A stretch of DNA of 32,000 bases, taken from NCBI GenBank assembly GCA_021294815.2, contig CP095464.1, positions 30,001 through 62,000 on the forward strand, read 5' to 3'. Positions 25,009 through 32,000 of this stretch are shown piece after piece. Position numbers and translations under genes: made by a program. The stretch is from Verrucomicrobiota bacterium. GTDB taxonomy: Bacteria; Verrucomicrobiota; Verrucomicrobiia; Opitutales; LL51. Position 1 is the stretch's first letter. Every line of letters starts with the position of its first letter. The notes under the pieces were generated by a model. It was not told the DNA's origin and ran no database searches. It saw only the letters and a list, made by a program, of their open reading frames with translations.

Positions 25009-26595
25009 ATGGGAACGCTCATAGCGGATGGACGGGAAGTGACCTTTAACGAAGAAGAAACACTGCTCGAAGTTTTCAATAAAACGGAATTCAAAATCCC
25101 ACAAATGTGCTTCCTCGCCGGATTAACACCCAATGGTCGTTGCGGTCTCTGTACGGTCGAACTCCAAAGTGCTCAAGACTGGGTACCGATTCTCGCCTGT
25201 GCAATTCGTCCCCAAGAAGGCATGGTAGTCCGGACACAATCCGAACGCATTACCATGATCCGTACACTCGCAGCCCAACTCCTCTTACGTTCTCATCCCT
25301 GTGACTGTGACTACTGTGAACACTTTGGGGATTGCGAACTCCGTCGGATCTACAACAAAACCGGTTTCGGATTTACACGCGCTATTGAAGACGGAAAGAA
25401 GCAAAAGCCTTATCTTTCTCCACTCTCCGATCGACTCCTCCTGGACCGTGAAAAGTGCACATCCTGTGGTCTCTGTGTCTCTTTCTTCCGCGAAGAACTT
25501 GGTGAAGATTTTGTTCACTTTATTCGGGAAAAGAACGATCATCTTCGCCTCGAACGCTATCCTCATACGAACACGGAGAACGGCTATCTTCTCAATGCCA
25601 TCGAAGTCTGCCCGTGCCATGCGCTTTTTGACCAACAGGCCCTCAGCGCCCTGCCCTCCTGGAAGCTACACACCGTTCCCGGAATTTCTACCGAAAGTAG
25701 TGCTGGCAACAATATTTATCTCTGTGCGCATGATGGGGAAATTGCCTACGTCCAACCACGTTTCAATCCCCAAGTTAACCGCTACATTCCCGATAGCATT
25801 CGCAACCTCTATCGCGATAACGACAAAAACCGCATCGATAAAGTATTATTCCACGGACAGCCCATCAATTTACGTGAAGCGCTCACGAAGTTTCTCAAAA
25901 TGGTTGGCTTTGGACACCGTTGTGCGATGGTCGCCCAGGCTAGCCTTTCGTTAGAGAGTCTCTTCCTCATCCGTCAACTCGCAGATATTTTAGGAGCACC
26001 CGTTTTCTTTAAAAAACATCCCCAACCAGGCGACGGCTGGCTGATTTCAAAAGACACCGATACCAACGTCCGCGGAGCTCTCCTTACACGTGCCATTAAA
26101 AAAGAACAGATCGAAGATTTCCAAGAAATCGAAACACTGATCGACAACCGTCAAATCCAGACACTCATTGTTTTAGAGACCGATCTTCTCGCTGAAGGAT
26201 TTACCAAAGAAGCGTTTGAAAAAGTGGAAAGCGTTATCTTTGCGAGCCATAAAAACGTTACGACACCCCATGGACACCTTATTTTTCCACTTACCACCGT
26301 CGTCGAGGAAGATGGCCATCTCATCAACCAAAATTTTTTATTACAGCGCTATCACCGTGCACTCACACGCCCAACGGAAGCACAACCCCTGTGGCAATGG
26401 CTCGCGATGGCTAAAAATAGCTATTTAGGCAACACGGGAACTCAACGAGAATTCCAATCGATCGAAGCCGTTTGGAATGTACTCTCAAAATCCATACCAG
26501 AGTTCCTCACCATTGATTTTGCTAAAATACCGGATGAGGGCATAACGATCGACGGCCAACGTTTTACCAACTTCCCCTTTTGCGACCGAGAATAA
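25009..26595 (+). CDS. NuoG-like (NADH dehydrogenase 75-kDa-subunit-like) iron-sulfur protein, orphan
   Basis: The 2Fe-2S motif is C-x10-C-x2-C-x15-C (MCFLAGLTPNGRCGLC...LAC). The His-ligated 4Fe-4S motif is HPCDCDYCEHFGDC. The third cluster motif is CTSCGLC...VCPC. A molybdopterin-oxidoreductase-like domain follows (VNRYIPDSIRNLY, SLSLESLFLIRQLADILG). I place the start at the ATG at 25009 (MGTLIADGREV); the track start at 24973 is TTG. Confidence 0.7.
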   Translation: MGTLIADGREVTFNEEETLLEVFNKTEFKIPQMCFLAGLTPNGRCGLCTVELQSAQDWVPILACAIRPQEGMVVRTQSERITMIRTLAAQLLLRSHPCDCDYCEHFGDCELRRIYNKTGFGFTRAIEDGKKQKPYLSPLSDRLLLDREKCTSCGLCVSFFREELGEDFVHFIREKNDHLRLERYPHTNTENGYLLNAIEVCPCHALFDQQALSALPSWKLHTVPGISTESSAGNNIYLCAHDGEIAYVQPRFNPQVNRYIPDSIRNLYRDNDKNRIDKVLFHGQPINLREALTKFLKMVGFGHRCAMVAQASLSLESLFLIRQLADILGAPVFFKKHPQPGDGWLISKDTDTNVRGALLTRAIKKEQIEDFQEIETLIDNRQIQTLIVLETDLLAEGFTKEAFEKVESVIFASHKNVTTPHGHLIFPLTTVVEEDGHLINQNFLLQRYHRALTRPTEAQPLWQWLAMAKNSYLGNTGTQREFQSIEAVWNVLSKSIPEFLTIDFAKIPDEGITIDGQRFTNFPFCDRE

Positions 26596-26636
26596 GAGAT
26601 TGCCAAATAGGCGTTCCTGGGTTAGCTGCGCAGGTG

Positions 26637-29096
26637 ATGAAGAAGTTGGTGATCGCGGAAAAGCCGAGTGTCGCTCAGGATATCGCAGATGTTTTAGGGG
26701 ATTTCCAGAAAAAAGACGGTGTTTTTGAAAATGACGATTTTATTATTAGCTCTGCGGTCGGCCACATTGTCGAACTCTACATGCCGGAAGATTTTAATCC
26801 CGATTGGAAACGCTGGTCACTCGACATTCTCCCCATCATTCCTCAAGAATTTAAAACAAAACCCATTGCGAAAAATAAGACCAAATTCAACGAACTCAAA
26901 AAACTCATGCACCGACGCGACGTCGGAACGGTCATCAATGCCTGCGATGCCGGTCGCGAAGGGGAACTCATTTTTACGTATATTTATGAACTTGCGGGCT
27001 GTCAAAAAACCGTTGAACGCCTCTGGCTTTCCTCGATGACACAAGAAGCGATTCGCGAAGGATTTTTGCACCTACGTCCCAGTTCTGAAATGCAAAATCT
27101 TCAAGCCGCTGCCCGTTGCCGTTCCGAAGCTGACTGGCTCATCGGGATTAATGGGACACGTGCGATTACGGCTCGTACTGCTCGTGGCAGTGGTGTGGTA
27201 ACGATCGGACGTGTACAAACGCCGACACTCTCCATGATCTTACAGCGCGAGAATGAGATTCGTCACTTCCAACCCAAGCCCTACCATCGGATCGTGGCTG
27301 ACTTTACTATTCATAATGGCCAATATCAAGGCGTTTACCAGCGCCCAGACTTTGATAAAAACAATAAAGACCCGGATGAACGCATCGATCGACTTTTCGA
27401 TCTCACACAGGCCGATGCCTTGATTGAAAAAATCAACGCTAGCGGTACGGCCGTTATTACAGAGAAAAAGAGCAAACGGAAATCGAATCCGCCCAAGCTC
27501 TACGACCTCACGACACTACAGCGCGAAGCGCACACGCGCTATGGGATGCCGGCTGGTATGACGCTCAAACTCGCCCAATCGCTGTATGAAAAACATAAAT
27601 GTCTTACCTATCCACGGACCGATTCCAATGCCCTTCCTGAGGATTATCCGCCCACTTGTCGCCATGTGCTTAGCTCATTAGGCGGGGATTTTACACCCTA
27701 TGCTCAGGAAATTCTCCAAAACAACTGGATCGATGAAAATAACCGAAAGATTTTTAATAATAAACAAATCAGCGACCACTTCGCGATTATTCCAACGAAA
27801 AAGTTTGCTACAAACCTCTCTGACGAAGAACGCAAGATCTACACCATGGTCGTCCAACGATTCTTAGCGGTTTTTTACCCTGCCGCGGAGTTTGAGATCA
27901 CGACACGCCGTTCGATCGTCGATAGTACCTACGAGTTTCTAACGGAAGGAAAAATTCTTGTATTTCCGGGCTGGCTAGCCGTATATGGGAAAACACTTGA
28001 AGACGGGACCACACCACTGCCGGCCGTTGATACTGCGGATGGCACACCACCTCAAGCAGCCGTTGTTGCCCACAAGGAAGAAAATGAAACACGTCCCCCA
28101 GCACGATACAATGAGGCAACTCTATTATCGATGATGGAAACCGCGGGAAAGATGCTCGACGATAAAGAGCTTGCTTCGGCCATGAAAGAGCGTGGGCTCG
28201 GTACGCCGGCGACTCGGGCACAAATTATTGATCACCTCATCGATTTACGCTACATGGAGCGGCAAAAAAAAGATCTCGTTCCGACGCCCAAGGCCGAAGG
28301 CCTTTTTGACTACCTTGATACGGTTCAAGTGCAGACACTTTCGAGTCCCACCCTTACTGGGGATTGGGAATATAAATTGCGCCGCATGGAGCAAGGCCAG
28401 CTTGACCGTGAAACATTTATGCAGGGAATTGCCGAAGTTACACGTGAAATGGTCGATAAAATCAAGGCTTTTGACGAGTCTCAACAAAAACCACGCATTT
28501 CGAATCTTATTTCGCCGACAGACGGCAAGCCGATGCTGGAATTTTTGCAATGCTATCGCTCTCAAGACGAACAATTAAAGCTCTATAAAGTAATTTCAGG
28601 GCGTCGTTTATTGGAGTCAGAGTGCACCGAGTTATTGCAAAATGGCACCGTTGGTCCTCTGGAGGGATTTCGGTCAAAAATCGGGAAAACATTTGCGGCA
28701 AAGCTCTATATCGATGAGAATCACGAGGTTAAATTCTCCTTTCAGAATACCAAGAATGATGACCTACAAGGAGAAACGTTGACGCTGGAAAAGCTGAAAA
28801 CTTATCCTAAAATCGGGCCATGTCCCTGTTGTGGCGGTAACGTTTATGCTTTGGATTCCTGGTACATGTGCGAGCACTTCTTAGATGATCCGAAATGCCC
28901 ATTTCGTTTGGGACGGCATATTTTGGAGCAGCGCATCGATGAAACACAGGCCGCAAAATTGCTAACAGAAAAAAAGAGCGATCTTTTGGAGAATTTTTGT
29001 TCGAGGCGAACGGGAAAAATGTTTTCCGCCTATCTCACGCTCGACGACGGAGGGAAAGTGGGCTTCGAATTTCTACCTCGCAAGAAAAAATCTTAA
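26637..29096 (+). CDS. topB: DNA topoisomerase III (type IA)
   Basis: Toprim N-terminus MKKLVIAEKPSVAQDIA and acidic cluster NACDAGREGELIF. The active-site Tyr sits in CLTYPRTDS. Also present are GTPATRAQII, C-terminal topoisomerase repeats (GFRSKIGKTFAAKLYID and RRTGKMFSAYLTLDDGGKVGFEF) and a C4 zinc ribbon CPCCGG...CEHF...KCPF. I place the start at the ATG at 26637. Confidence 0.85.
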   Translation: MKKLVIAEKPSVAQDIADVLGDFQKKDGVFENDDFIISSAVGHIVELYMPEDFNPDWKRWSLDILPIIPQEFKTKPIAKNKTKFNELKKLMHRRDVGTVINACDAGREGELIFTYIYELAGCQKTVERLWLSSMTQEAIREGFLHLRPSSEMQNLQAAARCRSEADWLIGINGTRAITARTARGSGVVTIGRVQTPTLSMILQRENEIRHFQPKPYHRIVADFTIHNGQYQGVYQRPDFDKNNKDPDERIDRLFDLTQADALIEKINASGTAVITEKKSKRKSNPPKLYDLTTLQREAHTRYGMPAGMTLKLAQSLYEKHKCLTYPRTDSNALPEDYPPTCRHVLSSLGGDFTPYAQEILQNNWIDENNRKIFNNKQISDHFAIIPTKKFATNLSDEERKIYTMVVQRFLAVFYPAAEFEITTRRSIVDSTYEFLTEGKILVFPGWLAVYGKTLEDGTTPLPAVDTADGTPPQAAVVAHKEENETRPPARYNEATLLSMMETAGKMLDDKELASAMKERGLGTPATRAQIIDHLIDLRYMERQKKDLVPTPKAEGLFDYLDTVQVQTLSSPTLTGDWEYKLRRMEQGQLDRETFMQGIAEVTREMVDKIKAFDESQQKPRISNLISPTDGKPMLEFLQCYRSQDEQLKLYKVISGRRLLESECTELLQNGTVGPLEGFRSKIGKTFAAKLYIDENHEVKFSFQNTKNDDLQGETLTLEKLKTYPKIGPCPCCGGNVYALDSWYMCEHFLDDPKCPFRLGRHILEQRIDETQAAKLLTEKKSDLLENFCSRRTGKMFSAYLTLDDGGKVGFEFLPRKKKS

Positions 29097-29105
29097 AAAA
29101 TTGTT

Positions 29106-29810
29106 CTATGGAACATTTTTAGGAGCTGTATCAACAAACATTTCCTCGAACGAAAGCCCCGTGAGTTTTGTGAGTTGTTTTACGAGTTGGTAGAGAGTGA
29201 CCATCAGCACAATTGTACAGGGAAGCACGATTACGGGATAACTCCAAACCGTCATGCGCGCCAGTTCTTTGTTAAATTCGATGGTCCCTGTCTCACTATG
29301 CACAAGATATTTCGCTAGGGCAAAATTTAAAACGGCACTCAGTAAAAACGACCCCGCAATTTTTAATGTCCCCTTCGACAACAGGCGTTGGAGCGCGAAT
29401 TGCTGCTGTGGCGAAGGCAGCCGATCGCCAATCTGGTCTACGTTCATAATCGCTTCATTGAAAACAAGTATCTTAATCAATGGATAACGCGTAAAGGCCG
29501 AGATAAACACAACCAGCCCCAAAAACAATGGTAAGAGCGCCTCTTTAATCGCAATATATTCTGTGGGAAGTTTCAATAGCCCAATGACGCCCGTCAGCAG
29601 AACGCTGATAAAACCAATAACAGAAAAAATGTTACAGCGCCGTGATTGGCAAAAATCGATCACTCCGTAACCCAGCGGAAACGTCAGTGCCAACACCAAC
29701 GCGATTTGTGGATTGATTCCAAACCAATCGCCTGCCTTCGACATCAAAACCGAAGGGAGAATAATATTAAACCCAAGGTTTAGAAATGGATTTTCGCGTT
29801 TCGCTTTCAC
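29106..29810 (-). CDS. Multi-pass inner-membrane protein of unknown function
   Basis: About six hydrophobic segments are present (NIILPSVLM, IALVLALTFPLGYGVI, IFSVIGFISVLLTGVIGLL, LLPLFLGLVVFISAF, IAGSFLLSAVLNFALA and VWSYPVIVLPCTIVLMVTLY). The GTG start overlaps the pssA stop (GTGA). No catalytic motif was recognised. Confidence 0.5.
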   Translation of the reverse strand: MKAKRENPFLNLGFNIILPSVLMSKAGDWFGINPQIALVLALTFPLGYGVIDFCQSRRCNIFSVIGFISVLLTGVIGLLKLPTEYIAIKEALLPLFLGLVVFISAFTRYPLIKILVFNEAIMNVDQIGDRLPSPQQQFALQRLLSKGTLKIAGSFLLSAVLNFALAKYLVHSETGTIEFNKELARMTVWSYPVIVLPCTIVLMVTLYQLVKQLTKLTGLSFEEMFVDTAPKNVP

Positions 29811-30649
29811 AGATCAATAGAACTTTCTGGACGCTCAGCTACGCTTTTTCGAAATCTTCTCTCTTGCCGAACATGGCGAACAAGGCCATAGACAACGTAA
29901 CTCAAAAAGACGATCGCACACGAAAACTGGTGAAACCAAGAAATCGTCGCTAAGACTCCGATGATGGCAACAAACGTCCCAAGGCGCGTCCGCGTACTCC
30001 AATTGATCTTTTTGAAGCTTGGGAAACGGATCGTGCTCACCATCAGGTAGGCCGTTAGAAGCATAATAAACGGCAAAAAAATTGAAAACACATGCAGATC
30101 GTAGCTATCGACGATGAGCACAAATGATGCAATGACACCTGCCGCCGCCGGTACTGGAAGGCCTAAAAAATCATATGATGGGATTGCTTCTTCTCGAGGA
30201 AGTAGTGGACTTGTAATTACATTAAAGCGTGCGAGACGAACCCCTGCGCATAGCAAATAAATAAACCCGATCATCCATCCCAATTGGCGGAAAAATAAGT
30301 ACTCATCACATGGTGAAAGAATGCGCAAAAAAACCATCAGGGCTGGCGCTACGCCGAAAGAAACCATATCGGAAATCGAGTCAAATTCGAGACCAAAGAG
30401 CGATTCCTTCTTTTTAAGTCGTGCGACTCGCCCATCGAGCATATCCGCAAGTCCGGCAAAAAAAATCAACCAGACCGCCTGTTGGTAAAAACGGTGCGCT
30501 GTCGCCGCATCGGTCGTCGCATAACGTGCCTGTATACACCGAATGATCGACAAAAAACCGCAAAACAAATTGGTCGCCGTAAAGATATTGGGCAAGAGGT
30601 AAATACGGCTTGCATCGGCAACATTGGAATACTTTTTCGAGACCGACAT
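29807..30649 (-). CDS. pssA: CDP-diacylglycerol--serine O-phosphatidyltransferase
   Basis: It has the CDP-alcohol phosphatidyltransferase motif DMLDGRVARLKKKESLFGLEFDSISDMVSFGVAPA. The N-terminal LLPNIFTATNLFCGFLSI is typical of Bacillus-type PssA. Confidence 0.85.
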   Translation of the reverse strand: MSVSKKYSNVADASRIYLLPNIFTATNLFCGFLSIIRCIQARYATTDAATAHRFYQQAVWLIFFAGLADMLDGRVARLKKKESLFGLEFDSISDMVSFGVAPALMVFLRILSPCDEYLFFRQLGWMIGFIYLLCAGVRLARFNVITSPLLPREEAIPSYDFLGLPVPAAAGVIASFVLIVDSYDLHVFSIFLPFIMLLTAYLMVSTIRFPSFKKINWSTRTRLGTFVAIIGVLATISWFHQFSCAIVFLSYVVYGLVRHVRQERRFRKSVAERPESSIDL

Positions 30650-30747
30650 TCTTCAAGAACGAACAATACGCGATTTCCCGAAAGTGCAAGTTTTTCCCGC
30701 GATTTTCGAGTTGTACGCGATGCTCTCTTTCAGCAACATATACGGTA

Positions 30748-31653
30748 ATGGCAACGCTCACCGTACCGACTGATATTATTCCCGATCGTTGCGATAAGAT
30801 CCTGGCGCAACTGCTCAAACTACCGCGATCTGTCATTAAATCAGCAACAGCCGTTCCGTTTGAACGTAATGGTCAAAAAATCACACCACACGATTTTGTT
30901 TATCCGGGTGATACAATTATTTATGAGTTGCCTACGATAAAGGCAATCGCCCCAGCGCCCGTGTTAGAACTTTCGATTCTTTTTGAAGACGAGGATCTCA
31001 TCGTCATCGATAAACCCGCAAATATCGCCGTCCACCCCGCTCCCGGTTTTTTGGGGAAAACGCTCGTCGAATATGTTCTCGATCACTGCCCTCTTTCCTA
31101 TCTTGGCGAAAAGGATCGCCCGGGTGTTGTTCATCGTTTGGACAAAGAAACCACGGGATGTATCGTTTTTGCGAAATCGAACCGCGCGTTCAAACAGCTG
31201 AGTCGCGATTTTGCCGAACACAATATCCAAAAACAATATATGTGTATTATCCACGGAAATCCACCGCTCCAAACCGGTACGATTGAGGTTCCGATTGGCC
31301 GTAAACTTTCGGACAAGACGCGAATGGCGGCGATGCGGGAAGGGAAATACGCTAAAACGACCTGGGTTGTTCGTAAACGCTTTAAACAATATGCTTGGCT
31401 CGATGTGCGCATTTGGACGGGACGGACACACCAAATTCGCGTACACCTCAGCTATAAGGGTTGGCCTATCGTCGGCGACACGGTTTATGGTTCCCCTTCC
31501 AATAAATTATCCCCAAATACCTTTCCGCGGATCATGCTCCATGCGGAATCGCTAACATTTTCACACCCACGCATTGGCCTGCCCATAACCTGCACAGCAC
31601 CAATTCCCGATGATTTCACTGAAGTATTGCGAACCCTAAAACCCTCGCCTTAA
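30748..31653 (+). CDS. rluD: RluA-family 23S rRNA pseudouridine synthase (RluD-like, with S4-like N-terminal domain)
   Basis: LIVIDKPANIAVHPAPG, the catalytic-Asp motif GVVHRLDKETTGCIVFAKS, and GRTHQIRVHL. I place the start at the ATG at 30748 (MATLTVP). The upstream part of track ORF 30610..31653 spans the divergent intergenic region. Confidence 0.85.
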   Translation: MATLTVPTDIIPDRCDKILAQLLKLPRSVIKSATAVPFERNGQKITPHDFVYPGDTIIYELPTIKAIAPAPVLELSILFEDEDLIVIDKPANIAVHPAPGFLGKTLVEYVLDHCPLSYLGEKDRPGVVHRLDKETTGCIVFAKSNRAFKQLSRDFAEHNIQKQYMCIIHGNPPLQTGTIEVPIGRKLSDKTRMAAMREGKYAKTTWVVRKRFKQYAWLDVRIWTGRTHQIRVHLSYKGWPIVGDTVYGSPSNKLSPNTFPRIMLHAESLTFSHPRIGLPITCTAPIPDDFTEVLRTLKPSP

Positions 31654-31670
31654 ATCTATATCTATCCAAA

Positions 31671-32000
31671 ATGCAGCCTACCCCAAAATTCAACTCACCT
31701 TTCGATCAACTTGCAGCCCGTGCCGAATTCATCCACGAGATGCTCGAAAAGTTGTACCCAAACTTAGAAATTCCCCTTCATCACGGCTCGCCGTTTACCC
31801 TACTCGTCGCGGTTATCCTCTCGGCCCAGTGCACCGACGCGCGCGTCAACCAAGTGACGCCGAAATTATTCGCGCAAGCGGCAACGCCCGAAGCAATGAG
31901 CCAGCTGCCGCTCGACGTTTTAGAAAATCTCATTCGTCCGTGTGGATTTTTCCATACCAAGGCAAAAAATATCCAGGCTTGTGCACAAATGATACTGGAA
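31671..32000 (+). CDS. nth: Endonuclease III, N-terminal fragment (gene continues beyond the right edge)
   Basis: Not in the ORF track because it is truncated by the window edge. Translation from the ATG at 31671 gives MQPTPKFNSPFDQLAARAEFIHEMLEKLYPNLEIPLHHGSPFTLLVAVILSAQCTDARVNQVTPKLFAQAATPEAM... This matches the E. coli Nth N-terminus pattern (SPFELLIAVLLSAQATDVSVNKAT.KL) as I recall it. Confidence 0.85.
   Translation, partial: MQPTPKFNSPFDQLAARAEFIHEMLEKLYPNLEIPLHHGSPFTLLVAVILSAQCTDARVNQVTPKLFAQAATPEAMSQLPLDVLENLIRPCGFFHTKAKNIQACAQMILE

Noticed and set aside
25301-25954. A 217-aa same-strand alternative-frame ORF inside the NuoG-like gene.
   Set aside because: It is Ser/Thr/Arg-rich, low-complexity and has no motifs. 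The other frame carries precisely spaced Fe-S cysteine motifs, so this is treated as a chance open frame.
26637-29096. Topoisomerase III as a possible marker of an integrative conjugative element or plasmid remnant.
   Set aside because: There is no integrase, relaxase, T4SS, partition gene, flanking direct repeats or adjacent tRNA attachment site. The neighbours are housekeeping genes.
30414-30836. A 140-aa minus-strand ORF, together with the 5' extension (30610-30747) of the rluD track ORF, across the pssA/rluD divergent region.
   Set aside because: Both overlap the well-supported pssA coding frame or the intergenic promoter region. Neither has recognisable motifs, and rluD has a sensible ATG at 30748.
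30964-31446. A 160-aa ORF antisense to rluD. Similar shadows occur at 11072-11530 and 10875-11237 within greA.
   Set aside because: They lie opposite strongly supported genes and have no domain signatures. They are typical antisense shadow ORFs.
1-32000. A scan for CRISPR arrays, tandem repeats, IS elements, rRNA or large structured ncRNAs.
   Set aside because: None was seen by eye. All non-coding gaps are 191 nt or shorter and are divergent promoter regions or short junctions. A computational repeat search would still be needed to exclude dispersed short repeats.

Overview
This is a densely packed, almost gap-free chromosomal segment of mostly housekeeping genes from a moderate-GC bacterium. 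I support 29 protein-coding genes, two of them cut by the window edges and absent from the ORF track (trxB at the left edge, nth at the right). I also support one tRNA-Leu(CAG), one clear bidirectional intrinsic terminator and a few weak promoter-like sites. Recognisable genes are trxB, dxr, an orphan OmpR-type response regulator, a CrtI-like flavoprotein, mnmA, gatC-gatA, a long-form greA, comF, a PfkB-type kinase, rnhB, truA, lepB, an M24B peptidase, topB, pssA, an RluA-family pseudouridine synthase and nth. I saw no CRISPR array, rRNA, transposase, integrase, phage genes or obvious defence genes, so this reads as core genome rather than an accessory island, and I cannot point to a clear-cut new system. 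The items that deserve a second look are: (1) a full-length GH77 amylomaltase homolog in which all three catalytic carboxylates are substituted; (2) the 1144-aa ORF just upstream of it, possibly a PPi-type PEP carboxykinase, whose promoter-like -10 sits 7 nt from the ATG and overlaps a 7-1-7 palindrome; (3) a translationally coupled five-gene operon with an Opp/Dpp-type ABC ATPase, a RodZ-like protein, a GldG-like protein, a DUF4340-like protein and mnmA, but no permease; (4) an orphan NuoG-like Fe-S protein next to a ChaN/Tiki-like exported protein; (5) GreA with a ~465-aa N-terminal extension; and (6) LepB with a ~155-aa insertion between the catalytic Ser box and box C. Shine-Dalgarno motifs are nearly absent, and several convergent genes overlap at their 3' ends. 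All family assignments come from motif recognition by eye; no searches were run. The long GreA, the RodZ-like protein and the SD-poor starts are reminiscent of PVC-group or spirochaete-like genomes, but I cannot assign a taxon.
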